Positions 10,701-21,216 of a stretch of 64,000 nucleotides of DNA are shown here, piece after piece. Location of the stretch: IMG/VR virus record IMGVR_UViG_3300009376_000001; one strand, written 5' to 3'. The notes under the pieces are model-generated. The model did no database searches. It had not been told where the DNA came from and saw nothing but the letters and a program-made list of their open reading frames with translations. The position numbers and the translations under genes were made by a program. Within the stretch, counting starts at the first letter, position 1, and every line of letters starts with the position of its first letter. Source of the stretch: a virus.

Positions 10701-11372
10701 TTATGGCACCTGTCTTAACATACTACAGACGACATCCATTTCTACAGAAGCAGCTTGGTCAAATACCAATTCTTCATTAGCTACTAAAATAATTTTATCT
10801 GAATGCTCAAAGGTTGATGCTGCTGGAATAGATTGGTCTTCATAAATCTTAAATGCCGTACCACCACTATTTCTAACATATGCGTCAAATGTCGTTGCCG
10901 TATTTACATCTTTATTACACACAGTAAACGCTAATACTGTTTTAATGTCAGTTACGTTATCTGGCGTTATCGGTGCTGCACTTCCACTAGTATCGTGAAG
11001 AATAACCCTATCTAAATAATCAGAACCAGAAGAAGTGGCTACGGCAGTTTGCTTTAATGCACTGACAACCATATTGCAAGTAACAGCAGCACTTGTTTGG
11101 AATACTAAAGTATCATTCTGTTTTAAGACAATTTTAGAATTGTGAATGAAAGTACTTTTTGCTGGAAGGGATTGATTCAAATAAATATAGCCATCTGTGC
11201 CCCCCGATACATCTATACGCAAATCAAAGGTAGTATCCGTACTAGCATGAGTATTACAAATAGATATTGAGAGGACAGTTAGCACTTCAGCAGAACCTAA
11301 AGCATCAGTAATTGTCTCATCAGTGTTTGCTGAAGCTTCCGTACTAAATTTATTAACTAACGTATCTGCCAT
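10701..11372 (-). CDS. Virion structural protein, two tandem beta domains
   Basis: Internal repeat (VLSISICN..QSLPAKSTF / VLAFTVCN..QSIPAASTF). Confidence 0.65.
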   Translation of the reverse strand: MADTLVNKFSTEASANTDETITDALGSAEVLTVLSISICNTHASTDTTFDLRIDVSGGTDGYIYLNQSLPAKSTFIHNSKIVLKQNDTLVFQTSAAVTCNMVVSALKQTAVATSSGSDYLDRVILHDTSGSAAPITPDNVTDIKTVLAFTVCNKDVNTATTFDAYVRNSGGTAFKIYEDQSIPAASTFEHSDKIILVANEELVFDQAASVEMDVVCSMLRQVP

Positions 11373-11373
11373 G

Positions 11374-12003
11374 TTAGCCTCCTAACGCTATTACCATGCC
11401 AAGTCCTACACCAGCCGAAGCGTACTTTAGACCAGTGGCTTCACCAGAATCAGCTACAAGGGCCAAACCATTAGCCCCTACAGCTAATACGCTTGGATTT
11501 CCAGTACCATCTCCAACCAACAATCCACCTTTAGTGGACATATCGACGGCTGTAACATCGTTTTGACCATTACCAATCAATGCACCATTCTGAGTTAACG
11601 TACTTACACCAGTACCGCCATCTGATACAGGAACATCAGTTCCTTGTGCTCGATAAACAGCATTTCCTTCAATAGTGATATCACCTGAGCTAGCTCTCGC
11701 AATAGTGGTGTCTGTAGCATGTCCTAATTCAATACCTGTAAATTGAGGACTATTGCCTGTACCAACCCCTATGCTAGTACGGAGCGTAGCACCAGATTCA
11801 GCTACCGGATCGGTCGTACCGTCACCAACAATCAATTCACCATCAGCAAGGACAGCCATAGCTGTTATTGCGCCTGTTCCACTTCCAAGCAGGACACCGC
11901 CATCAGTAAGGCTAGTGGCCCCAGTCCCGCCATCAGTAACAGCCTGCGTACCTCTTGCTTGTGATAGATAATTTCCATTTGAGTCATAAAAATACCAGGG
12001 CAT
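11374..12003 (-). CDS. Tail fibre-like protein
   Basis: V.DGGTG repeats typical of fibres; ends GMVIALGG. Confidence 0.7.
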   Translation of the reverse strand: MPWYFYDSNGNYLSQARGTQAVTDGGTGATSLTDGGVLLGSGTGAITAMAVLADGELIVGDGTTDPVAESGATLRTSIGVGTGNSPQFTGIELGHATDTTIARASSGDITIEGNAVYRAQGTDVPVSDGGTGVSTLTQNGALIGNGQNDVTAVDMSTKGGLLVGDGTGNPSVLAVGANGLALVADSGEATGLKYASAGVGLGMVIALGG

Positions 12004-12338
12004 TACGTTAACTCCATTCCATAAACTACATAATTGATATCACTAGCGTTTTCACATTGAATCTGAAGGAAATCAGCTGCTTCCATGATTATGGTCCCTT
12101 CAAATTCCGCCCAACCGCCAGCTTGTACTGTAGTTTGAGGTAAAATTTGATTCCCCGTGCCTGCCGTTCCTCCCGAATCTAAGTGATATAGCTTCACATG
12201 ACAGCTATTGCCTGTATCAACATTAGTAAGCCTAATGTGCTTTACAATAGCACTCGTATTCGCTGGACAGGTATACATCGTATTAGCATTGGTATCGCCA
12301 ATAAGAGCCTGACCCAATTTTTTATATGTTTCCGCCAT
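12003..12338 (-). CDS. Small virion structural protein (MAETYKKL family)
   Basis: Paralogue of 8231-8548. Confidence 0.7.
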   Translation of the reverse strand: MAETYKKLGQALIGDTNANTMYTCPANTSAIVKHIRLTNVDTGNSCHVKLYHLDSGGTAGTGNQILPQTTVQAGGWAEFEGTIIMEAADFLQIQCENASDINYVVYGMELT

Positions 12339-12347
12339 ATCCTTCTC

Positions 12348-12695
12348 CTATGAAATGAAGAACGAAAAGCTAGTTGTAGCTAGTTTTGCACTCGTCACCG
12401 TCCCATCAGATGGGACACCAATGTCTAGAGTATCTCCCAAAGAAACGGCCCAAAAATCAGTGTTAGCGACAGGAGCCGTAGTAAAGGTTATTGCTCCTGC
12501 ACTTACGGTATATGCAGTAACTGGTTCCTGCACAACACCACCTAACGACACAATCATCGTAGATGGACTCGTAGGATATACAGCTACAGAATCCGCTGTA
12601 AGATTAAAAGTAGTGGTAGATCCATTAAAACTACTACTTATATCATCAAGCCTCTGATAATTTCCATGTTCTGGTTCTTTACCTATATATGGCAT
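12348..12695 (-). CDS. Virion protein (MPYIG..LDDISS module)
   Basis: LGGVVQEP..YTVS..ITFTTAP module shared with 1-1299. Confidence 0.7.
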   Translation of the reverse strand: MPYIGKEPEHGNYQRLDDISSSFNGSTTTFNLTADSVAVYPTSPSTMIVSLGGVVQEPVTAYTVSAGAITFTTAPVANTDFWAVSLGDTLDIGVPSDGTVTSAKLATTSFSFFIS

Positions 12696-12696
12696 T

Positions 12697-13065
12697 CTAT
12701 GTATTCTCCAATATGCTTAGGGTTACATCTAATGCACTAGCTGTATCACATCGTACCTGAACTGTATCTCCCGTGCCTGAGCCTGTATTAGCTACCACTA
12801 CTTTACCCGAAATGATTTCAAGAGATGACCCAGCAGGTACTTGTACTCCCTTAACTAGATAAACATTCTCCCCTTGACCACTTTGAACTTCGATCATCAC
12901 ATCAGCATTAACACTTTGACCTATTTTATTGGTTAAAAGCATTCCGATAATTACAGTATCGCAATTAGCAGGAACAGTATACAAATCACTGTTAGCATTA
13001 CTTGTATTAGGCAAAGCAGTAGTGATTACATCTGCCATTGTTGCTCGTTTAAACTCAGTTGCCAT
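12697..13065 (-). CDS. Small virion structural protein
   Basis: LYTVPA..VIIGMLLTN..VPAGSSLEII..LDVTLSILE. Confidence 0.7.
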   Translation of the reverse strand: MATEFKRATMADVITTALPNTSNANSDLYTVPANCDTVIIGMLLTNKIGQSVNADVMIEVQSGQGENVYLVKGVQVPAGSSLEIISGKVVVANTGSGTGDTVQVRCDTASALDVTLSILENT

Positions 13066-13075
13066 TTATATCTCC

Positions 13076-15112
13076 TTACAATGCAACTGCCATTGCGATG
13101 GCGAATGATTCCGAAGCTCCAGCAGCACTAGAAGCTTCCCATGTCATCCCACCAGTGTTACCTGACCTAGCAGTTAAGACATATCCATTAGTGGGAGCAT
13201 TACTGACCTGCAATTTGGCTTCATTGATGGCCTGGTCTGCGATGTATGTTTGAGCAATCGCTGTACCTTGCCACACGCCAGTACCGATTGTACCAACTGT
13301 TACAAGATTCGCAGCAGCAGTAATAGCAGCTTGAGTACCGCCTGTAACCGTAGCTGCCGTACCTGAAGCGTTACCTGTGACGTTACCAGTCAATGGACCT
13401 GTAAATCCTGTTGCCGTAAGCATCCCAGTACCTGCATTGTAAGTAATTCCGGCATCAGTCTTGGGAGCTAGATCTCCGGTAGCACTCTCAAATAACGCTA
13501 CGAAAGAAGTAGTATCAGTAGTATCAGCAACCGTAATCGTAGCGGGTACAATGTTCGCTGAACCGTCAAAGGATGTACCTCCAATCGTCCTAGCCGTCGC
13601 CAAAGCAGTCGCTGTGGCTGCCAAAGCCACTGATATATTTGCGGAACCATCAAAAGATGTTCCACCAATAGTCCTTGCTGTCTCTAAAGTGGTAGCGGTA
13701 GTAGCATTACCTTCTAATGCAGCTACTATTGTTCCCGCAGAACCAGAAAATACTTCAGAACTGTTCGTAGCATCGGGAATAAAAGTAAATTTGCCAGTAG
13801 AATCATCAAATCCGAAGAAACCTACTTTAGCTGCGCTCCCATTATGCCATCTAAATTCAATACCACGGTCTTTATTATCATCAGAACTAGGGGCAGAATC
13901 ACCACCTATCGTAAAAATAGGGTCATCAACGGTTACTGTTGTAGAATTTACCGTCGTTGTAGTCCCATTAACCGTTAAATTACCCGCAGTAATGGTTCCT
14001 GTAGTAGTAATAGCACTGGAACCTACGTCAATAGACCCAAATCCACTAGTAATACTGCCTGCATCTAAGGCTCCTACAGTAGTTACGTTAGATAATGTAT
14101 CTAAAGCAGACTCAAAATAGGTTTCAAAGTCTGTAAGAGCCACCTGAACCATTGTTCCGGCATCATTGACTACTACTCTATCCGCATCAGCTAATGTAGT
14201 AGAAGTAGCAGAAGTATTTCCATCTATAATATTTAATTCAGCGGTAGTTACTGAAGCTCCATCAAGGATTTCTAACTCCGCCTCAGTAATTACTGCACTT
14301 CCAATAGTAAAACCACCCGCAGTCACAACTCCTGAAGTGGTAATAGTCGAAGATCCAACGTTTATGGAGCCAAAATTAGAGGTAATCGATCCAGCATCTA
14401 AGGCTCCAACCGATGTAATATTGGTCTGAGAAGCAGTTTGCAGTGTTCCAGCTAGTTGAGTAGCAGTTAATCGTCCTGTGGAGGGATTATAGTGAAAATC
14501 CCCATCCATTTCTAAACCATGAGTGCCTGTAGCGGTAGCTGCACCTGCAACAAAGGAGATTAAATTATTTTCATTAGTATTTTCATTATCAGTAACTGTA
14601 ACTGTCGATGAAGAAGAAGACGCTGCAATAGTAACTGTATCTGTACTAGCATTTGTAGTCAGAGTAATGTTAGTTCCTGCTGCCAACGTCAATGTATCAG
14701 TTTCAGCATCTGCTACTACAGTACTTTGCCCTGAAACGGCAACATTGGAGAAAGCGTTCTGGTTGGCTTCACCTCCTTCGGATTGACCTTCAGTTAAGTT
14801 ATATTCCGTCCCACCATCATTTTTAAAGTAGATTTTACTATCGCTAGACTTAATATAAATAGCTCCAAACCCACTAGCAGGAGTACTTGGAGCCGAAATT
14901 TCCGCAACAGTCAGATGATCTGAAAAGGTCTTATTGCTTAATGTTTGGGCAATCGTATTACCAGCAACTATGTTCCACGAATCACTATCCCAGATGTATA
15001 AATCATCGGTATTAGTCTCATGGAACGTAGTACCCGTAATAAGGTTACTTGTAGGCTTAGTATCACTACTAAGCCCTGTCATTCGGTTTCCTGCGTATCT
15101 AGTTATTGCCAT
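13076..15112 (-). CDS. Long tail fibre protein
   Basis: 678 aa, Thr/Ser/Gly-rich; ARTIGGTSFDGSANI repeats; DRGIEFRW domain shared with 15099 ORF. Confidence 0.75.
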   Translation of the reverse strand: MAITRYAGNRMTGLSSDTKPTSNLITGTTFHETNTDDLYIWDSDSWNIVAGNTIAQTLSNKTFSDHLTVAEISAPSTPASGFGAIYIKSSDSKIYFKNDGGTEYNLTEGQSEGGEANQNAFSNVAVSGQSTVVADAETDTLTLAAGTNITLTTNASTDTVTIAASSSSSTVTVTDNENTNENNLISFVAGAATATGTHGLEMDGDFHYNPSTGRLTATQLAGTLQTASQTNITSVGALDAGSITSNFGSINVGSSTITTSGVVTAGGFTIGSAVITEAELEILDGASVTTAELNIIDGNTSATSTTLADADRVVVNDAGTMVQVALTDFETYFESALDTLSNVTTVGALDAGSITSGFGSIDVGSSAITTTGTITAGNLTVNGTTTTVNSTTVTVDDPIFTIGGDSAPSSDDNKDRGIEFRWHNGSAAKVGFFGFDDSTGKFTFIPDATNSSEVFSGSAGTIVAALEGNATTATTLETARTIGGTSFDGSANISVALAATATALATARTIGGTSFDGSANIVPATITVADTTDTTSFVALFESATGDLAPKTDAGITYNAGTGMLTATGFTGPLTGNVTGNASGTAATVTGGTQAAITAAANLVTVGTIGTGVWQGTAIAQTYIADQAINEAKLQVSNAPTNGYVLTARSGNTGGMTWEASSAAGASESFAIAMAVAL

Positions 15113-17300
15113 TTACAGGACTCCATTGCATAGGTACTTCAAAAGAATGTCCACACCAAAGGTCTAAGACCATAACTCCTCGTTCAAAATCATATAATGG
15201 GTCTTTCGCTCCGTCTTTACGCCCACATTGAGCACACACTGCTCTAGGAGAGGTGATTTCGACCTCTTGAATCGATCCACCCTTCTGTAATTTCACAGCC
15301 ATAGCATTATTATTCGCATCAACCTGCTTTAAGTACATACGAGCATATTCAGTACTAGGATCGGCAGCAGCAGCTTTCTGTTGAAACTCTAAATACGCCC
15401 CATTATCCGCAGTACTGCCAATAATTACACCATCAGTTCCCTTACTCTTTAACGTAAGCGCAATATTCGTATCATCCCCAGTGGCTGAAACACTGGGACT
15501 GCCATTAGCTGCTGTATTTGCAACCGTAAGTTCATTAACTGCCGAAGAAACCGAATCAAATATCAGTACTTGAAGTCCCGCTGCATCGGCAATGAAGCCT
15601 CCATCAGCAAATTTAGGAGCAGTTAGAGTTTTAGCAGTCAATGTTTGCGTGGCTGACACTGTAACTATGTCTGCGCCACCTACGGTGCCAGCATCCGCAG
15701 TCAGAGTATCGATATTAGCAGTACCATCGATAAATAAATCTTGCCATTCTAAAGAAGCTGTGCCTAAATCTCTAGCACCATCACTAGATGGGACTAAATC
15801 ACTATCAAATCTACCTGTAGCAGTGATTGTGTCACTAGTAGCGTTACCTAAATCAATGTCACCATTGAGAGTTGTAGCTCCTGATACTGTAATAGCTGAT
15901 AAAGTTCCTACAGATGTGATGTTAGCTTGAGCAGCTGTAGTCAAAGTTCCAGCAATATCACCAAATGTGGCATTTATTACTGTTCCAGAGAACACTTCAG
16001 AGCTATTAGTCGCTCCGGTAAACCCTGTAAATACTCCTGCGGAGTCATCATAACCAAAGAAACCAACCGCTGCAGCCGATCCTGTATGATAACGGAACTC
16101 AATTCCCCTATCTTTATCATCATCTGAGCCAGGTGCAGAGTCTCCGCCAAGGGTAAGTACCGGATCATCAACTGTTGTTACTGTCGAATTTACCGTAGTA
16201 GTGGTTCCATTTACTATTAAATTACCAGTAACAGTTAGAACACCGCCTACTGTGACGTTATTAGGCAATCCAACAGTAACTGTTCCACCCGATTGAGCCA
16301 CAGTAGTTTCATTTGCTGTAGCTGCGAAAGTTAATGTACCACCTGGAGCAATATTTGAAGCAGTAGACCCATCCGTAACTGCTATTGAAGGACCAGAAAG
16401 CTTACCATTAGCTATACTTCCCGCCAACATTGCATTAGTCACGCCCGAAGCTTTTACACGGATAGCATCACTATTGGTTTCAATAGAACTATCATCCACA
16501 TTTATAGCTAAAACTTGGGAAGATAAAGCTAATCCATCACCTGCAACCGCAGATTTTAGCCTCAAACCACTAGAATCTTCTATAGCAGAGGTACTTGCAA
16601 GTTGAACGGCTGATCCTGAAACCTTATTTCCTGTAGTAATAGTAGCTAATTTAGTATCAACTATCGCTGCAGAAGCCTTAATATCTGCATTTACGATATT
16701 AGTAATAGTATTACTATCAGAATCTATAGTCTTATTCGTTAATGTGGCAGCAAACGCATTAAAAGTGAACGTGTCATTTCCCGTAAGCAACGGTAATGTT
16801 ACTGTCCTATCAGCTGCTAGTTCATTAACTCCAAAAACATACTGATGATTAGCCGAAGTGTCATTAATCTGAGGGGTAGTCAGAACAGGACTAGTTAATG
16901 TTTTATTGGTTAATATATCAGTAGTGGCTTTACCGACTAAAGTATCAGTTGCATCAGGTATTGAAATTGTTCGATCACCTGTTGGATCTACAACAGTTAA
17001 TATCGTTTCATTAGTATTGTCTGTAGCACCTTCAAATATGATGGTTGCATCTTCTAACATACTTAAAGATGTACCCACCGTAGGTGTATTTAGAACAGGA
17101 CTAGTTAATGTTTTATTAGAAAGAGTTTGAGCAATTGTATCTCCAGCAATTACATTCCACGAATCCCCATCCCACTGATACATATCATCTGTATCAGTCT
17201 CAAGGAATGTAGTTCCGGTCAACAAATAGGTTGTTGTTAAACTAGCCCGATCACTGGCTAATCCCGCAATATTATTACCAGCTAGATACGTGATAGCCAT
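15099..17300 (-). CDS. Long tail fibre protein with C-terminal Cys motif
   Basis: 733 aa; TLTNKTLTSP repeats; C-terminal CAQC..WCGH. Confidence 0.75.
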   Translation of the reverse strand: MAITYLAGNNIAGLASDRASLTTTYLLTGTTFLETDTDDMYQWDGDSWNVIAGDTIAQTLSNKTLTSPVLNTPTVGTSLSMLEDATIIFEGATDNTNETILTVVDPTGDRTISIPDATDTLVGKATTDILTNKTLTSPVLTTPQINDTSANHQYVFGVNELAADRTVTLPLLTGNDTFTFNAFAATLTNKTIDSDSNTITNIVNADIKASAAIVDTKLATITTGNKVSGSAVQLASTSAIEDSSGLRLKSAVAGDGLALSSQVLAINVDDSSIETNSDAIRVKASGVTNAMLAGSIANGKLSGPSIAVTDGSTASNIAPGGTLTFAATANETTVAQSGGTVTVGLPNNVTVGGVLTVTGNLIVNGTTTTVNSTVTTVDDPVLTLGGDSAPGSDDDKDRGIEFRYHTGSAAAVGFFGYDDSAGVFTGFTGATNSSEVFSGTVINATFGDIAGTLTTAAQANITSVGTLSAITVSGATTLNGDIDLGNATSDTITATGRFDSDLVPSSDGARDLGTASLEWQDLFIDGTANIDTLTADAGTVGGADIVTVSATQTLTAKTLTAPKFADGGFIADAAGLQVLIFDSVSSAVNELTVANTAANGSPSVSATGDDTNIALTLKSKGTDGVIIGSTADNGAYLEFQQKAAAADPSTEYARMYLKQVDANNNAMAVKLQKGGSIQEVEITSPRAVCAQCGRKDGAKDPLYDFERGVMVLDLWCGHSFEVPMQWSPVNGNN

Positions 17301-18631
17301 TAACTAACCCTCCGCCATTCAGGTAAATCAATTTCGTATTCATGACCACACCACAAATTCACCCTCATGACACCTTTTTGGAAGTCATACGTGGGGTCCT
17401 TGGCTCCATCATCACTCCCACATTCAGCGCAAATCGCACCCGGAGAAGTGAGTTCAACTTCAACTATGTTTGAAGCTTTTTGTAATTTAATTGCTAAAGC
17501 ATTATTAGCAGCATTCACCTCTTTCAGATAAAGCCGACCTTGTTCTCCACCTGGATTAGATGGAGCAGATATTTTTGAAAATTCTAAATAAGTCTGATTG
17601 ACCCAAGCACTTCCTGTATACTGTAAAAAGTTATCATCAGCAGCAGAAGAGATGGTCACATCATCCATTTCAGCTAATGTATCCTGAGCAGCAGCGACTG
17701 TATCTACATACGCTTTAATACTTTGTTGTGAAGCTAAGTGTGTAGCTGAATTGGAAGCCATATTATCTTCATCTTTAATCGCCGTACCGCTAATGCCTGT
17801 AGCATTAAGAGTGAAGGCTGCAGTTGAAGATAAAGTCATTGCTCTCTGAAAGGCCATAATTCCATCAGTCCATACTAACTGACTAGTAGCCCCGACAGTA
17901 ATTCCTAATGAATTGTCATTATGTGTATAGGTAATCTGTCCAACGTTATTATCTGCAGCATCTCCAAATAGAATTCCACCTTGTGTAGGAGCTAAGATGG
18001 AGATTAAAGCTGTGCCACTATCTTCTAAAGTTAATAGGGTATTAGTTGCAGCAACAACAGAACCAGCGGTAGCACCCCATAAATGTAAAAGAGTGTCAGG
18101 ACTTGGAGCACCTGTACGACCTAGAATTACATCAGCCGTGCCTGGAACTATCCATTTTATATCAGTTCCATCAGACGATAAATCTGTATCGGCTCCACTA
18201 TTTCCTAACTGGATAGAAACATTGTCAGGTAGAACAATATCTCCACTAGAAAAACTAGTGGTTACATTACCTGCAGAAGAAGAACTAATTTCCCATACGT
18301 CAGTTAGAGTATTACCTGTTTGAACCGCCCAAACTACTTTAGAATCTTTAGTATTAGAAGTAACATCATTCGCCGTCCAAGTCATACGAGCAAATTCAGA
18401 TTGTGAACCGCCTGAATCTTCTAATGTATACGTTATATAACCATTATCCCCATCCGCAGCGGTGCCTCGATTAGCTCCCTTAAAAATAGCTACTTGATTA
18501 GATGCAGCATCATTAGCATTTTGTACCGATAAAGCTGCACCAGTTGAGTTAGCCGTAGCAGTTAATGATGGCTCACTATCAGCAAAGGAAAATACCCGTA
18601 AGGGATATATTTGTCGAAGTTCTGATGGCAT
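17300..18631 (-). CDS. Tail/virion protein with C-terminal Cys motif
   Basis: DEDNMASNSATHLASQQSIKAYVD fibre motif; C-terminal CAEC..WCGH paralogous to the 15099 ORF. Confidence 0.7.
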   Translation of the reverse strand: MPSELRQIYPLRVFSFADSEPSLTATANSTGAALSVQNANDAASNQVAIFKGANRGTAADGDNGYITYTLEDSGGSQSEFARMTWTANDVTSNTKDSKVVWAVQTGNTLTDVWEISSSSAGNVTTSFSSGDIVLPDNVSIQLGNSGADTDLSSDGTDIKWIVPGTADVILGRTGAPSPDTLLHLWGATAGSVVAATNTLLTLEDSGTALISILAPTQGGILFGDAADNNVGQITYTHNDNSLGITVGATSQLVWTDGIMAFQRAMTLSSTAAFTLNATGISGTAIKDEDNMASNSATHLASQQSIKAYVDTVAAAQDTLAEMDDVTISSAADDNFLQYTGSAWVNQTYLEFSKISAPSNPGGEQGRLYLKEVNAANNALAIKLQKASNIVEVELTSPGAICAECGSDDGAKDPTYDFQKGVMRVNLWCGHEYEIDLPEWRRVS

Positions 18632-18645
18632 TTATTAGCCCCTTA

Positions 18646-19341
18646 TTAGAATGAACGGGCATCGTCAAAGCCTCGGTAGAAGACTCTACAGAATCCTAAA
18701 TCTACTGTAGATGCTCCCCCGGCTTCTGATGCGTTATAAATCATGAAATACGGCTGGATATCAGGCAAATTAGTAGTATGCGTAGCTACCTGATTACCAT
18801 TAATCCAAAATTCTACTTGATTCTCAGTAATAGAAATCTTAAATAGATTTCTATCAGTTAATGTAATAGACGAAGGTAAGTTAACTGTTTCAGTTCCAGC
18901 ACTATCAGTAACTGTCTGAATAGCATCACTGGACAATCCAAAACCAATAAGATCATTGGTAGTACGTAGTCCCGAAGTAGAGTCACTAAATCCCATAAAA
19001 AACGTTGAATTATTGATATTAGCAACGTTAGCGAACTTCGCCTCCCATTCCGCAAACACACCACGAATCATAGATGTATTATTCTGATAGGAGAACTTAC
19101 TAGGAGTAACTCTAAATTGAAATAAAGTACGTAAACGAGCAGTATCACTAGCTGGAACCGTCAATGCCACTTTAGGCATATCAGCGTCGCTAGTTACACG
19201 CTCAATAGTAGAATTAGATCCAGTGTCTCTATTCCACGCACCTGTAAACGTATTATCAGAAGAAGCCCATTGTTCCGTTAAATATTGGAAATAATCTGAC
19301 AGATACGAATTAGACGTTGTATAAACGTTGAAAAAACCCAT
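18646..19341 (-). CDS. Virion protein, lectin/beta-sandwich-like
   Basis: VEFWINGNQVATHTTNLP is ConA-like; operon context. Confidence 0.55.
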   Translation of the reverse strand: MGFFNVYTTSNSYLSDYFQYLTEQWASSDNTFTGAWNRDTGSNSTIERVTSDADMPKVALTVPASDTARLRTLFQFRVTPSKFSYQNNTSMIRGVFAEWEAKFANVANINNSTFFMGFSDSTSGLRTTNDLIGFGLSSDAIQTVTDSAGTETVNLPSSITLTDRNLFKISITENQVEFWINGNQVATHTTNLPDIQPYFMIYNASEAGGASTVDLGFCRVFYRGFDDARSF

Positions 19342-19379
19342 ATCTATATTTTATACCCTACCTAAAATTAATTCTAGGA

Positions 19380-20339
19380 CTAGATTCCTCGGACGTAACC
19401 TATTATGTTACAGGTTTCACCATTTGTATTATTTCTAAAACTAATACTATGTTTCACTATATGTCGTAAATTAATAGCGTTAGCTACGCCAGCTTTTAAC
19501 ACAAAACCAACAGCATCGCCTGTATTCGTAGCCGTTCTATTAAAGTCAATTACTGCATCGTTAGTTAACGAATACAAATAAATATCATGAATTTCCGACA
19601 TACCAGGTTCACGAATCGATACTGACGCATCTTCCGTTCCTATCCAACGAGAAAATCGCTCAATAAGAGGATCTACAAACGTAGTAACCTGAGATGTGGG
19701 AGGGTTAGGATCATTTGTTCCTGCCATACCCATTACATACGCCCAGGCAGGTTCAACCTGAGCATCGTCTACCAAGAATGTAATATCTTGTTGAGAATCA
19801 GTAACAACATAAAAATCTAAAGTAGCATTATCTGTTGTAACTTGATGATTGACAGTAACTCTACCATTCCAGTTATTACCCATAGTGACTTGCGGACCAT
19901 TAACAAAAGTAGTGCCACCGTCACTAGTAGCTCGTCCAATCACTGTTCCTCCGCCACTATGACGCACATAAGCGGAACATGAATACCATCCACGTGGTAA
20001 GCCTGTAACACTATAGTATGCGCCCTCGTTAGCAGCAGCGTCAGCAGTCACACATCTCATACTATAGGTACCAGTACGAGGTGTAGTAGTCTGACGGGTC
20101 ATCGTTGAACCACTCGCTGTCCACCCAGTAGGAGGAGTTCCTATTTCCATGCTAGGATTTGTAATTAAATTCATAGCAGGAGGAGTATTATTCTCTAAAC
20201 TAATCAAATCTTCTGCCGTATTAGCAGAAGCTAATGTCTTATTAATAGGAATAAACTTAGAAAGAGTACCTACGGACTCACGAACTGTTCGAAATTCATG
20301 CTCTGAAAACCTGTACTCAAATCCTCGGTCAATTGGCAT
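19380..20339 (-). CDS. Virion protein with CBM4/9-like carbohydrate-binding domain
   Basis: NLITNPSMEIG..TGW..YSCSAYVR..FLVDDAQVE. Confidence 0.65.
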   Translation of the reverse strand: MPIDRGFEYRFSEHEFRTVRESVGTLSKFIPINKTLASANTAEDLISLENNTPPAMNLITNPSMEIGTPPTGWTASGSTMTRQTTTPRTGTYSMRCVTADAAANEGAYYSVTGLPRGWYSCSAYVRHSGGGTVIGRATSDGGTTFVNGPQVTMGNNWNGRVTVNHQVTTDNATLDFYVVTDSQQDITFLVDDAQVEPAWAYVMGMAGTNDPNPPTSQVTTFVDPLIERFSRWIGTEDASVSIREPGMSEIHDIYLYSLTNDAVIDFNRTATNTGDAVGFVLKAGVANAINLRHIVKHSISFRNNTNGETCNIIGYVRGI

Positions 20340-20362
20340 TAGTATTCTCCTAAATTACAGGG

Positions 20363-20698
20363 CTAACGTCCCCAGATTGCCCCAATTATTCGTCCATTAG
20401 CTTGATTGGCCCGAATAACAGAAATAGATCCACTAAAAGAAATACCTGTTTCTGTATAACCAGTTCCAGCAGGCATTAACATAGAACTACCATCAGCAGT
20501 CGCATCGCCACCTAGATTGACATATAAGTCATCACGGTCAACCACAAGAGTAATGCGATTTGCTTCTTCCATATAATCAGACACTGTTAATATAGTAGAG
20601 GCATCAGCACTATTAGTCGTTAATGTAAAAGGTTTAAATTTAGTATACGGTTGAACTAATTCAATTGTTTGTCGTAATTTAGCCACTACCTGCCCCAA
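20363..20698 (-). CDS. Virion protein, tandem paralogue
   Basis: Highly similar to 20686-21018 (MEEANRIT..DGSSML.PAGTGYTE..IWGR). Confidence 0.7.
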   Translation of the reverse strand: MGQVVAKLRQTIELVQPYTKFKPFTLTTNSADASTILTVSDYMEEANRITLVVDRDDLYVNLGGDATADGSSMLMPAGTGYTETGISFSGSISVIRANQANGRIIGAIWGR

Positions 20699-21018
20699 AT
20701 AGACCCACGAATACGACTATTCGTAGTACCCGCTCTCATAACAGAGATAATTCCAGTAATTTTAATATTTTCTTCGGTGTAACCAGTACCTGCAGGAACT
20801 AACATAGAAGAACCATCACTAGTAGCTGTTCCACCAAAATTAATATACATATCCCCAAATTCTACAACAAACGTAATACGATTAGCTTCTTCCATTAAGC
20901 TGGATACTGTTAATACCGTAGCAGCATTAGCATCAGAAGTAGTAAACGTAAATCCTCTAAACTGAGGCAACGGTTGTTCTAATTCAATCTGGGACCTAAG
21001 TGACGCTATTGTTGTCAT
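20686..21018 (-). CDS. Virion protein, tandem paralogue
   Basis: Highly similar to 20363-20698. Confidence 0.7.
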   Translation of the reverse strand: MTTIASLRSQIELEQPLPQFRGFTFTTSDANAATVLTVSSLMEEANRITFVVEFGDMYINFGGTATSDGSSMLVPAGTGYTEENIKITGIISVMRAGTTNSRIRGSIWGR

Positions 21019-21214
21019 TATCTTGTCCTGATAGCCTAGCCAAAGTTAAAGAATCAACATAGAACAATTTAGGCTGCCCAATATGCTGATGTCGATATCC
21101 AACTATCGGCAACTCATGGTCGCCGAATTGAACTACGCCAAAATCATATTGCCCTAATTTCTCTCGTTTGACCCGAATCATGAACCAAGTAGCTAATTTA
21201 CTTAGTAAATTCAC
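20996..21214 (-). CDS. Hypothetical protein
   Basis: ORF fills the operon gap. Confidence 0.5.
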   Translation of the reverse strand: MNLLSKLATWFMIRVKREKLGQYDFGVVQFGDHELPIVGYRHQHIGQPKLFYVDSLTLARLSGQDNDNNSVT

Positions 21215-21216
21215 TC

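Noticed and set aside
1-21018. Diversity-generating retroelement or invertase-driven fibre switching
   Set aside because: No reverse transcriptase or invertase in the window, and no adenine-specific TR/VR pair noticed; the similarity is at the diverged protein-module level.
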